Shown here in pieces: positions 8,496 to 16,925 of a DNA stretch of 36,413 nt (its first letter is position 1; every line of letters begins with the position of its first letter). This DNA is from a virus (Duplodnaviria > Caudoviricetes): IMG/VR virus record IMGVR_UViG_3300032373_001203, positions 1 through 36,413 of that record; one strand, written 5' to 3'. The notes below the pieces were generated by a model, which saw only the letters and a program-made list of their open reading frames with translations, did not search any database and was not told the DNA's origin. The translations under genes were made by a program, and so were the position numbers.

Positions 8496-9032
8496 ATGAC
8501 CAAATGCACGGACCCCAATTCGTTCCCCGGCGCGATAAGCGACATCATCGACCTTGTGGGAAAACCCGAAATGTGCGCCGTTTCGGGGCGCGCGGAGCGC
8601 ACACAAAACCAGTGGGCCGACCCGGAAACCCCCACGGTGCCCAATTTGCGCCAAGCCTTGGCGTTGGATGCGCTGTTCATCCAGCGCGAGCGTGAGCGAC
8701 GCGAGGGGCTCAATCAAGGCGGCGTCATTCGTCCGCCCATTTTGACGGTCTATCAAAACCTGCTCGAAAAGAAATGCGGCACCCTCGTCACGGCGCAAGC
8801 GGATTATGCGTTTCCCGGCACGGTTCTGACCGAAATGCTCGACATATCCGAGGCGGTGGGGTGCTTTTCCGCCGCGCTGCGCGATGCGACAACCCCCACA
8901 AGTCCCGCTGGCGTTGGCCTGTCGGAAATCGAGCGTAAGGAGACGTTACGCGCCTTGAAATCGGTTCGTGACGAGCTGGACGACATGGAAGCGGCCATCC
9001 GTGCCTCAGACAAGGGGGCACCTCATGTTTAA
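8496..9032 (+). CDS. CII-like phage regulatory protein
   Basis: Position after cro; N-terminal HTH-like segment (QWADPET...NLRQALALD) and a helical C-terminus. Confidence 0.55.
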   Translation: MTKCTDPNSFPGAISDIIDLVGKPEMCAVSGRAERTQNQWADPETPTVPNLRQALALDALFIQRERERREGLNQGGVIRPPILTVYQNLLEKKCGTLVTAQADYAFPGTVLTEMLDISEAVGCFSAALRDATTPTSPAGVGLSEIERKETLRALKSVRDELDDMEAAIRASDKGAPHV

Positions 9033-9360
9033 AGCAATTGTGTTTGCCCCCCACATGCCCGCCGGAACGGTGCAGCGCGCGGTGTCCGGGGCGTTTCCCG
9101 TGAAACATGAAGATGATGCCGACGTGTGCATCATCGATGTGTGTGGCGGTGCGCTGAAGGCACCAGCGCTGGCGGCGGCGCGGCGCACGTTGAGGGCGTT
9201 TCGTCGCAAGACCGTTTATCTGTGCGGCGAGGTGAGCCCTGCAACTCTGCCGCAAGATTTGCTGAGCAGCCCCCAAGTGCAAATCGAGCGCGGGCATACC
9301 GTTACGGAATGTCTATGGTTTCACGAATATCGCCTGAAAGGGGGGCTCAAACATGCCTAG
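9025..9360 (+). CDS. Hypothetical phage protein
   Basis: AAGGGGG RBS, ATG at 9025, overlaps both neighbours. Confidence 0.7.
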   Translation: MFKAIVFAPHMPAGTVQRAVSGAFPVKHEDDADVCIIDVCGGALKAPALAAARRTLRAFRRKTVYLCGEVSPATLPQDLLSSPQVQIERGHTVTECLWFHEYRLKGGLKHA

Positions 9361-9661
9361 TTTGAGCCTCAAGGATTCCAACCCCACCCGGCACACACGA
9401 ACGAAGCAGACGCCGCCGCCCTTGAGCAAATGTGCCGTTTCGGTGGTGCGCACGGCGTCCGGCGCGGCGCTTGTGCCATCGCCCCGCCAAGCCCTGGCGG
9501 ACTACACGCCCCACGCCTGCCAATACATCGAAGGCGAAGCCAAATCGCGCCGCGCCAAAGGCGACGCCATTTTTTGCGGCAAGCCGGTTGTGAAAGACGA
9601 GAGCTGGTGCGCCGAGCATCTGGCACGGTGTCGCATCAAAAAACAGGCGGGTGATGAATAA
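9353..9661 (+). CDS. GcrA C-terminal-domain-like protein
   Basis: CQYIEG...FCGKP...SWCAEH matches the C/C/C/H pattern of the GcrA C-terminal domain; the N-terminal HTH is absent. Confidence 0.7.
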   Translation: MPSLSLKDSNPTRHTRTKQTPPPLSKCAVSVVRTASGAALVPSPRQALADYTPHACQYIEGEAKSRRAKGDAIFCGKPVVKDESWCAEHLARCRIKKQAGDE

Positions 9662-11256
9662 TGCTGGTTTACGGTTCCGTCTGCTCCGGTATCGAGGCCG
9701 CCACCCAAGCGTGGAGGTCTTTGGGATGGAAATGCGCGTTCGTGTCGGAAATCGAGCCGTTTCCCCAAGCCGTATTGCGCCATCACATGGGTTGCAACAC
9801 GCTCGCGCGGTCGCGCAAACGCAAGAGCACACCCCGCAAATCCGGCGGCGTGCCGAATTTGGGCGATTTTACGGGCATCCGCCCCCACTGGTTGAGAAGG
9901 ATGGGAATTGACCCAACAACGATTGACGTTCTCGTCGGAGGAACCCCCTGTCAAAGCTTTTCCTGCGCGGGACAGCGAGGCGGATTGGATGATGTCCGTG
10001 GTGAACTCACCATTGAGTTTTTTCGCCTTGCTGACAGAATGCGGACCTTATGGCTGGTCTGGGAAAACGTCCCCGGCGTCCTGTCCATCGACAAAGGCGA
10101 AACTTTCGCGGAAATCCTTGGGCTTCTCACCGCATACCGTCCCGAGGTCCCAAAAAACGGGTGGCGCAATTCCGGCGTGTGCCACGGTCCCGGGCCTTAC
10201 GGCGTCGCATGGCGAGTGCTTGACGCTCAGTACTTCGGCGTGGCCCAGCGCCGCAAGCGTCTGTTTCTTGTCGGATATCTTGGAGACTGGCGACGTGCCA
10301 CCGCGGTACTTTTTGAGCGCGAAAGCCTGTGCAGGCATCCTACGCCGCGCCGAGAAGCGGGGGCGGGAGTTGCCGGAACTCTTGAAGCGCGCGCTTCAAC
10401 AGGTGGCTTTGACCCAGGAGCCCACGGAGCCGCAACCGGATACCTCCAAGCCGTAGGCATCGACGGAACCGGAGAAGTCGGACACGCCTTGACGGCGAGC
10501 CGGACGGCGACTGGACGCATGGACCCGGACGGTCAAACCTTTGTGGCCCGGGTCGCGCCAACAATTAGCAGCCGCGCTTCGTATGACCGCGGCGACGGAA
10601 GTGAGCCAATCGTAGCTCACACCTTGCGCGGCGAAGGCCTCGACGCCAGTGAGGATGGGACGGGACGGGGAACGCCGCTGGTTCCTATCGCCATTCAGGA
10701 GCGCGCAGGGTGCGAAAATCCCAATGCAGGACCGGGCGGCAAGGGCTTTCGTGACGATGGGTTGGCCTACACGTTGGAGGCGCGCCAAGTGCCGCAGGCC
10801 ATCGCCTTCGATTGTAAGGCCAGCGCCTCATTTATGCCCCGGCCCATGGAAGAAATCGCGCCGACCATGCGGGCGATGAACAGCGTGACCGGCAATCAAA
10901 ACGCCGGTGGCCAGTTGGCGGTCGCGGTGTCGCTGCGCGGTCACGACGGCGGTGCCACGGCTGAACTTGGCGGCGAAGTTTGCCCCGCCATGCGCACAGG
11001 TGGAGGGGGCGGCGATAAGCCGCATGTTCTGAGCGATATGGCGGTGCGCCGCCTGATGCCCCGCGAGTGCGAACGTTTGCAAGGGTTCAAAGACAATTAC
11101 ACCGCCATCCCTTGGCGCGGAAAGCCCGCCGACGAATGTCCTGACGGTCTGCGCTACAGGGCCATTGGAAATTCAAAAGCCGTCCCCGTGGTGCGGTGGA
11201 TTGGCGAACGCATAGAACGTGTCAATCGGTTGGCGGGTGATAGGGGGGCACCATGA
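9661..11256 (+). CDS. DNA (cytosine-5) methyltransferase with an expanded variable region
   Basis: Motifs SVCSGIEA (I), GGTPCQSFS (IV), WENVPG (VI), AQRRKR (VIII), RRLMPRECERLQGF (IX), YRAIGNS (X). Confidence 0.95.
   Translation: MLVYGSVCSGIEAATQAWRSLGWKCAFVSEIEPFPQAVLRHHMGCNTLARSRKRKSTPRKSGGVPNLGDFTGIRPHWLRRMGIDPTTIDVLVGGTPCQSFSCAGQRGGLDDVRGELTIEFFRLADRMRTLWLVWENVPGVLSIDKGETFAEILGLLTAYRPEVPKNGWRNSGVCHGPGPYGVAWRVLDAQYFGVAQRRKRLFLVGYLGDWRRATAVLFERESLCRHPTPRREAGAGVAGTLEARASTGGFDPGAHGAATGYLQAVGIDGTGEVGHALTASRTATGRMDPDGQTFVARVAPTISSRASYDRGDGSEPIVAHTLRGEGLDASEDGTGRGTPLVPIAIQERAGCENPNAGPGGKGFRDDGLAYTLEARQVPQAIAFDCKASASFMPRPMEEIAPTMRAMNSVTGNQNAGGQLAVAVSLRGHDGGATAELGGEVCPAMRTGGGGGDKPHVLSDMAVRRLMPRECERLQGFKDNYTAIPWRGKPADECPDGLRYRAIGNSKAVPVVRWIGERIERVNRLAGDRGAP
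9908..10456 (+). CDS. Putative overlapping +1-frame ORF inside the C5 MTase (beta-polypeptide-like)
   Basis: 182 codons open in the +1 frame, TTG start after AAGGA/GGGA; contains GECLTLSTSAWPSAASVCFLSDILETGDVPPRYFLSAKACAGILRRAEKRG. Confidence 0.55.
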   Translation: MTQQRLTFSSEEPPVKAFPARDSEADWMMSVVNSPLSFFALLTECGPYGWSGKTSPASCPSTKAKLSRKSLGFSPHTVPRSQKTGGAIPACATVPGLTASHGECLTLSTSAWPSAASVCFLSDILETGDVPPRYFLSAKACAGILRRAEKRGRELPELLKRALQQVALTQEPTEPQPDTSKP

Positions 11257-12698
11257 CCGTGCGCATCCTCATCGGTGACGTATTTGACCGCTTGGCGGGC
11301 TTGGACGCCGAAAGCGTGCATTGCTGCGTGGTTTCGCCGCCTTACTGGGGCCTGCGCGATTACGGTGTCGAAGGGCAAATCGGGTTGGAGCCGACGATGG
11401 GTGAGCATCTGGACGTGATGGTGCGGGTGATGCGCGAGGTACGCCGGGTTTTGCGTCCCGACGGCACCGTGTGGCTGAACTATGGCGACTGTTACGCAAC
11501 TCAGCCCAATGGCCGCAGCGCGGCGGACACCAACGACCTGAGCCCAGACGACCGCACCTTCCGCGATAAGCCGTTTTCCACTGTCGGCGCGGTGTTGGGC
11601 TCATCTGATGCCGACGCCAAACGCTCGCAAAATGGTTATGAGGCATATAGGCCATCTCACGGTAATCGCGTGGTCGCGGGTGGATACCTTAAGCCCAAAG
11701 ACCTCTGCATGGTGCCCCAGCGCCTCGCCATCGCCCTGCAAGACGACGGTTGGTGGGTGCGTTCTGAAATCATCTGGCACAAACCCAACCCGATGCCCGA
11801 AAGCGTGAGCGACCGTCCCGTTTCTGCCAACGAAAAGGTGTATCTGCTCACCAAATCGGAGAGGTATTTCTACGACGCCGAAGCGGTGCGCGAAAAAACC
11901 GATGAGAAACCGACACTCAATGCCGAGAACCCGGGCGGTCAAAAATACTCGTTCAAACGGGCCAACTCAAAGCGGGCCGAAGCCCACCCCGGCCAGAGTG
12001 AGGGCACCCACCGGGCGGACCGCGAAGACATCGATTATTGCGGCACCCGCCACCCCCGCAACGTCTGGACCATCGCCACACGCCCGTTTCGCGTCGAAAT
12101 GTGCACGATATGTAGGTATGTATACCTAAATGAGCAGCTCGGGCTTATCCGCGTTGAAACCTACAAAGACGACAAGGGCGTCGAGCGCAAACGCAAGTTC
12201 TGTACCTGTGGGGCGCACGATGCGTGGTTAAGCCATTTTGCCACGTTTCCACCCGCGCTGGTCGAACCGTGCATCCGTGCGGGCACGTCGGAGTACGGCG
12301 TGTGTTCCGAGTGCGGTGCACCCTATGAGCGCATCGTCGAAAAAGTCCATGAGGACGGCGGCGCGGTGCAGTCGGGACAAGCGTCGGCGCTGAAATTCGG
12401 GGCCACACCGGAGAAAGGCGGTACGTACAAGCGGCTCATCACCCGCACGGTGGGCTGGCGGGCGACGTGTGCGTGCGGTGAACATACACAGGTTGGCGCA
12501 CCGGTCCCTGCGACCGTTCTGGACCCGTTCGGCGGGGCGGGCACGGTGGGCTTAGTGGCGCGGGCACTGCAACGCCGTGCAGTGCTAATAGAGTTGAACC
12601 CAAACTACGCCGCCATCGCTCGTAAACGCATCCATGAGGCTGAGCCACTGTTCAATCCGGTGTCGGTTTTTTCCTATCGGGGAGAGGCCGCAGAATGA
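11253..12698 (+). CDS. Beta-class N4-C/N6-A DNA methyltransferase with Cys-rich insertions
   Basis: VVSPPY precedes VLDPFGGAGT; IIWHKPNPMPES, HFATFP; CxxC/CxCG pairs. Confidence 0.93.
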   Translation: MTVRILIGDVFDRLAGLDAESVHCCVVSPPYWGLRDYGVEGQIGLEPTMGEHLDVMVRVMREVRRVLRPDGTVWLNYGDCYATQPNGRSAADTNDLSPDDRTFRDKPFSTVGAVLGSSDADAKRSQNGYEAYRPSHGNRVVAGGYLKPKDLCMVPQRLAIALQDDGWWVRSEIIWHKPNPMPESVSDRPVSANEKVYLLTKSERYFYDAEAVREKTDEKPTLNAENPGGQKYSFKRANSKRAEAHPGQSEGTHRADREDIDYCGTRHPRNVWTIATRPFRVEMCTICRYVYLNEQLGLIRVETYKDDKGVERKRKFCTCGAHDAWLSHFATFPPALVEPCIRAGTSEYGVCSECGAPYERIVEKVHEDGGAVQSGQASALKFGATPEKGGTYKRLITRTVGWRATCACGEHTQVGAPVPATVLDPFGGAGTVGLVARALQRRAVLIELNPNYAAIARKRIHEAEPLFNPVSVFSYRGEAAE

Positions 12699-13729
12699 GC
12701 CGTATGCCTGATTACGATTACTGTGCGCTCACATGGGCGACGTTTTACCCGCGTGACTGGTTGACCGACACACGCAACTTACAGGTGGCGGAACGGGGGC
12801 TGTTTATCGACATTCTGTGCGCCATCTACAACGCCGGCGGACCCATCGAACATGACGAGGACTATCTGTGCCGTCTGGGCGGATACAAAAACGTGCGCTC
12901 GCTGCGCCGCGAACTGACGCCGTTACTGGATAAAAAAAAGCTGCACAAGTTGAGCGACGCCGACGGCGGGGACTGGCTGATGAACAACCGCGCCGAAGAG
13001 GAAATCGAAAAGGCCCGCATCCGTCGCGATAAGAACAAAGACAGAACGGAGGCGGCGCATTCATCCACACAAACGGGGGATAAAAAGGGGGATGAAAGTG
13101 TGAAAAAAGCAAAGTCTGGCAAAAAAGGCGTCAAAAAGTCTCGAAAAAGTTCTAAAAAAATGTCGGAACATTCAGACAACACCGTGCAAAATCAAGGCGA
13201 TAATTTAGACATACCACAACCACCGCCAGCCCCACGGACGGACTCTTCCGTCCCGCCCCTACAGGGCGGGGACGGAAAGAGTCCGTCGCCGCCGGTCGCG
13301 GCTGCGCTGCCTGATGGCGCGCCGCTCACGGCGGAGCAGCTCAATATGAGCCGAGCGTGGTTGTGGGCGCGGGTGGTGGCATGTCTGGGCAAAGGCGTGA
13401 ACGGCGAAGCGGATGCCGTCAAGCGAGGCTGGACTGCCGAAGTGCCAGCCATAGATGAGCGCGGCCTGAACGCATGGGTACTTCCGCTGCGCCTACAACG
13501 CATTGAGGCGGGTGTGTGGCACGTCGGCGCGCCCACGCGGCTCATCCGCGACCATGTGCAGAGCGCCTACGCCGCCGCCATCGAGGCGGCCATCAACGCC
13601 GTCATGGTATTTTACAAACCCAGGAATGAGCATGTGGACGGTCAAAATGACGGGCAAAATGATGGGCAGATGGATAGGCAAGGCGGCATGTCCGACACAT
13701 GGGTCCTTGCGTTGCACGTCGGCGTTTAA
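12695..13729 (+). CDS. Phage replication initiator: DUF1376/YdaU-like N-terminus, DnaA domain I-like C-terminus
   Basis: FYPRDWLTDTRNL...ERGLFIDILC...NNRAEEEI at the N-terminus; AWVLPLRL...GAPTRLIRDHVQSAY at the C-terminus. Confidence 0.8.
   Translation: MSRMPDYDYCALTWATFYPRDWLTDTRNLQVAERGLFIDILCAIYNAGGPIEHDEDYLCRLGGYKNVRSLRRELTPLLDKKKLHKLSDADGGDWLMNNRAEEEIEKARIRRDKNKDRTEAAHSSTQTGDKKGDESVKKAKSGKKGVKKSRKSSKKMSEHSDNTVQNQGDNLDIPQPPPAPRTDSSVPPLQGGDGKSPSPPVAAALPDGAPLTAEQLNMSRAWLWARVVACLGKGVNGEADAVKRGWTAEVPAIDERGLNAWVLPLRLQRIEAGVWHVGAPTRLIRDHVQSAYAAAIEAAINAVMVFYKPRNEHVDGQNDGQNDGQMDRQGGMSDTWVLALHVGV
13075..13165. repeat. Phased A-tract region, candidate replication origin inside the initiator gene
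   Basis: GGGGGAT twice, then A5-7 tracts starting at 13121, 13133, 13144 and 13154 (10-12 bp period). Confidence 0.5.
13637..13684 (+). repeat. Degenerate 12-bp tandem repeat x4 (DGQN/DGQN/DGQM/DRQG)
   Basis: gacggtcaaaat gacgggcaaaat gatgggcagatg gataggcaaggc. Confidence 0.75.
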
Positions 13730-13744
13730 GGGGGGAACGGAGCC

Positions 13745-13990
13745 GTGCAAAATCTTTCATGCAAAATCAGCAACGAAAGACGCCCCACCTTGAGCGACGT
13801 GCGCAAAGCGTTTCCTAGGCAGGCGCGCACTGTCGGTGGGGTGGTCGTTACCGCGCGGCCCGTCTTCGATGTCGTCACGCGCGAGCTGAGGGATTGGGGA
13901 TTGGGCTTGGGTCTGGCGTTGTGCATCGAGCGCGGCTTTAACGAACCCGGTGAGGTGTTCGACCGCGCCAAGCGCTTGTTGGGGGCATAG
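13745..13990 (+). CDS. Hypothetical phage protein
   Basis: GGAG RBS and GTG start; fills the operon gap. Confidence 0.6.
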   Translation: MQNLSCKISNERRPTLSDVRKAFPRQARTVGGVVVTARPVFDVVTRELRDWGLGLGLALCIERGFNEPGEVFDRAKRLLGA

Positions 13991-13991
13991 G

Positions 13992-14399
13992 ATGGCTTGG
14001 ACGCGCGAGCGGGTGCGCGACGAACTGGTCGACGCCATGGGCATCATCGTGCGCGCTCCGGACCCGGTGAAGTCGATGCTCAAGGCTCAGCCGCGCCACC
14101 GCATCGTGCGCGACGCGAACGAGAGCTACGGCTACGACGACCCGGCGCGGGGCTTGCCGCCGACCGACAAGGACATCGAATGGGCTGAGGAACGTGTGCG
14201 GTGGACACGCTGGCTGGATGCCCAAACGTGCAAATTTGTACGTTTGCGTGCGTTGCTCAAATCATGGGAATTCATCAAAAAGGCCGACATTCCACGCCAC
14301 CGTTCACGCGGCACCTTGAGCAAAACCGTCAATGCCGGATTGGATGAAATCGCCCGTCGCCTGAACGCCCTGGATGAGCATCGTCGTAAAAATCTTTAA
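13992..14399 (+). CDS. DUF6362-like protein, putative late-transcription regulator
   Basis: MAWTRERVRDELVDA...PPTDKDIEWAEE...WLD...GLDEIARRLN pattern; Q-like position just before the late promoter. Confidence 0.65.
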   Translation: MAWTRERVRDELVDAMGIIVRAPDPVKSMLKAQPRHRIVRDANESYGYDDPARGLPPTDKDIEWAEERVRWTRWLDAQTCKFVRLRALLKSWEFIKKADIPRHRSRGTLSKTVNAGLDEIARRLNALDEHRRKNL

Positions 14400-14414
14400 A
14401 AATAGGAAAAAAAT

Positions 14415-14454
14415 CTTGACACTTTGTGCAAATTATGAGATGTTTTGTGTCAAG
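14415..14454 (+). promoter_or_regulatory. Putative late promoter; CTTGACAC...GTGTCAAG inverted repeat
   Basis: Perfect TTGACA at 14416-14421 in an AT-rich intergenic region; 8-bp inverted repeat at 14415-14422 and 14447-14454. Confidence 0.6.
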
Positions 14455-14547
14455 GTTCGGTTTCGAGCGCCAGGGCGGCCCCTCTCCCCGCCCTTTCCTT
14501 TTCGCAAGGTCGGCTCCCGCACCTTCCGGCCGTTTCGCGGCTTCAAG

Positions 14548-14597
14548 CAAACACTGCCCCATGTCGCCCTCTCGCGCGGCATGGGGTTTGTGTTTGT
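14548..14597 (+). terminator. Hairpin in the late leader (tR'-like)
   Basis: GCCCCATGTCGC / GCGGCATGGGGT stem followed by TTGTGTTTGT. Confidence 0.5.
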
Positions 14598-14659
14598 GGG
14601 TCCTCGGCGGACGGGGGGGCAAACGGCGCGCGTTCATTTCAAGTAGGCGGAATATTGGT

Positions 14660-15028
14660 ATGGCGAAGGGTGAAAAAACGGGCGGGCGGACGACGGGCAC
14701 GCCCAACAAACTGCCTGCTGAATTGCGCCAGCGCATCGTCAATGAGGTGGACCCGGTTAAGTTTTTGGCGGCCTATGTCAATGGTATGCCCATCGCAGGC
14801 GTGGATGCGGTCGGCAACGCGGTGGAAGAGACCGCGCCGTTGGACAAGCGCAAGGACGTGGCGCTCAAGGTTTTGGATAAGCTCGTACCGAGCCCCAAGG
14901 AAAGCGAAAGCACGCTCAACCTCAACGGCTCGCACGAACAGTGGTTGCCTTGGCTGGATAGGGACGAGCCGCCCAAACACTTAGGCGGCGGCGACGGCGG
15001 CGACACGCCAAAAACCAAGATGCACTGA
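14660..15028 (+). CDS. terS: Terminase small subunit
   Basis: KTGGRTTGTPNK N-terminal motif; directly upstream of terL. Confidence 0.75.
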   Translation: MAKGEKTGGRTTGTPNKLPAELRQRIVNEVDPVKFLAAYVNGMPIAGVDAVGNAVEETAPLDKRKDVALKVLDKLVPSPKESESTLNLNGSHEQWLPWLDRDEPPKHLGGGDGGDTPKTKMH

Positions 15029-15042
15029 GCGCGCATCCCATC

Positions 15043-16665
15043 ATGAGCGAGATACCCGACGTCAGCGCGAACCTGCAAGAATTCAGGGTGCGCAAGCGCC
15101 TCAAGGACGTCTTCGCTTTTTTTGCCGAAAAAATACTGAAAATCCGCACCAAAAGCGATGGATTGCAACCGCTTAATCTAAACCGTGAGCAAGAATATGT
15201 TCACCGCAAGTTGGAGGAACAAAAGAAGCAAACGGGCCGTGTGCGGGCGCTTATTCTCAAGCCCCGCCAGCGCGGTATCAGCACCTACATTGCGGGACGC
15301 TTTTATCACATCGTCACGCACACCAAGGGGTTGCTGGCGATGATTTTGACGCATCGCCAAGACGCCACGGACAAGCTGTTCAAGATGGTGGACCGTTTTT
15401 ATCAGCACAGCCCGCAAATGGTGCGGCCTGTGGCGGACACCTCCAACGCCAAGCGCTTGATGTTCAGCGGGTTGGATTCCGGCTACGAAGTCGCCACCGC
15501 AGGCGCGTCGGAAATCGGACGTTCAGGCACCTATCAGTTGGTGCATTGGTCGGAAACGGCGTTTTGCACCAATGCCCAGATGCACATGGACGGCGTTATC
15601 GATGGCGTGCCCGATGAAGACGGCACCGAAATCATCATGGAAAGCACCGGCAACGGTGTCAGCGGGGTGTTTTACAACCTGTGTATTCAGGCCCTGAAAG
15701 GTGAGAGCGAATTTCTGCTCATCTTTTTTCCGTGGTTTTGGGCGGCGGACTATCGCAAGGCCGCTCCCGAAGGCTGGCGACCGCCCGATACGGTCAACGA
15801 CCAGGGCGAAGCCGTCAACCGTTGGGAAGACTACGCCGCCCTGCACGGCTTGGACCGCGACCAACTGTATTGGGCGTTCGTCAAAAGTCGTACCAAGGCC
15901 CAAGCCGCGGGCGTGGACCCGGCGCTGGGGCCGTTTTGGAAGTTTCAACAAGAATACCCCGCCACGGTGGAAGAGGCGTTCCAGACGTCCGGCGAAGGCG
16001 GAATTATTTCGGTGGACGCCATCATGCGCGCCCGCCGTGCTCAACTGCCGGACCCACCGTCGAGCTTGCCGTTGATACTCGGTTTTGACCCCAACGCACG
16101 CGGCGGGGATTTGTCATGGATTATCAGCCGCCAGGGCCGGGTGCTGGGGCGGCATTGGAATAAGCACAAAAAAACCAAAACCCTGCAAGAACGCGTCGGC
16201 ATGGCGACCCGCGCGCTGGACCAAACCGGCGCGGACATGATGTTCATCGATGCGGGCAACGGCGGTGCGGACATTTACGACGTGCTGTGCGAGCTGGGTT
16301 ATGACGAGCGCGTCATGATGGTGGATTTCGGCGGCGCGGCGGACAACGACAACGAATATTTGAACAAACGCGCCGAAATGTACGGCCTCGCCAACATCTG
16401 GATTACCGACCTCGGCGGCGCGGATATTCCCGACGACGACCTGTTGCATATGCACTTGGCGGCGTCGCGCGAAAAAGACCGTACCACCGACCGAAAACTG
16501 CAAGTCGAAGAAAAGAAAGCCATCATCGCCCGCGTCAAATTCAGCCCCGACGGCGCGGACGCCACGGTTCTGACTTTCGCCTTTGCGGTGGAAAAACGAA
16601 GCCACGACCCGCGCGGCGACGACGCGGGCGAGGTTGTCAGCGATTACGACGAACTCAACCATTAA
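15043..16665 (+). CDS. terL: Terminase large subunit
   Basis: LILKPRQRGIST (Walker A-like), LVHWSE (Walker B), MESTGNG, FQQEYPAT..EAF, ILGFDP nuclease motif, SPDGADA. Confidence 0.95.
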   Translation: MSEIPDVSANLQEFRVRKRLKDVFAFFAEKILKIRTKSDGLQPLNLNREQEYVHRKLEEQKKQTGRVRALILKPRQRGISTYIAGRFYHIVTHTKGLLAMILTHRQDATDKLFKMVDRFYQHSPQMVRPVADTSNAKRLMFSGLDSGYEVATAGASEIGRSGTYQLVHWSETAFCTNAQMHMDGVIDGVPDEDGTEIIMESTGNGVSGVFYNLCIQALKGESEFLLIFFPWFWAADYRKAAPEGWRPPDTVNDQGEAVNRWEDYAALHGLDRDQLYWAFVKSRTKAQAAGVDPALGPFWKFQQEYPATVEEAFQTSGEGGIISVDAIMRARRAQLPDPPSSLPLILGFDPNARGGDLSWIISRQGRVLGRHWNKHKKTKTLQERVGMATRALDQTGADMMFIDAGNGGADIYDVLCELGYDERVMMVDFGGAADNDNEYLNKRAEMYGLANIWITDLGGADIPDDDLLHMHLAASREKDRTTDRKLQVEEKKAIIARVKFSPDGADATVLTFAFAVEKRSHDPRGDDAGEVVSDYDELNH

Positions 16666-16693
16666 CAAACCGAGCATAGCGAAAGGAAACCCC

Positions 16694-16906
16694 ATGGGTG
16701 GACTATTTAGCGGCCCCAGCATGCCGCCGATGCCCGCGCCCGCGCCCGCGCCGTCAACGGCCGACGACGCGGAAGCCAAGGCCGCATCCGAGCGCGAAAG
16801 AAAGCGCCAGCTTCTGGCCGCCAGCGGAGCCAACAACATCAAAAACGGCCCTGGTGGATTGACCGAAGTCGCGCCGACGCAAAAGAAGGTTCTGTTAGGC
16901 GGATGA
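16694..16906 (+). CDS. Small virion protein upstream of portal
   Basis: AAAGGA RBS; MGGLFSGPSMPP...KKVLLGG typical of the small gene before podovirus portals. Confidence 0.75.
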   Translation: MGGLFSGPSMPPMPAPAPAPSTADDAEAKAASERERKRQLLAASGANNIKNGPGGLTEVAPTQKKVLLGG

Positions 16907-16925
16907 GGCTTTTGGGAAAAACCGG

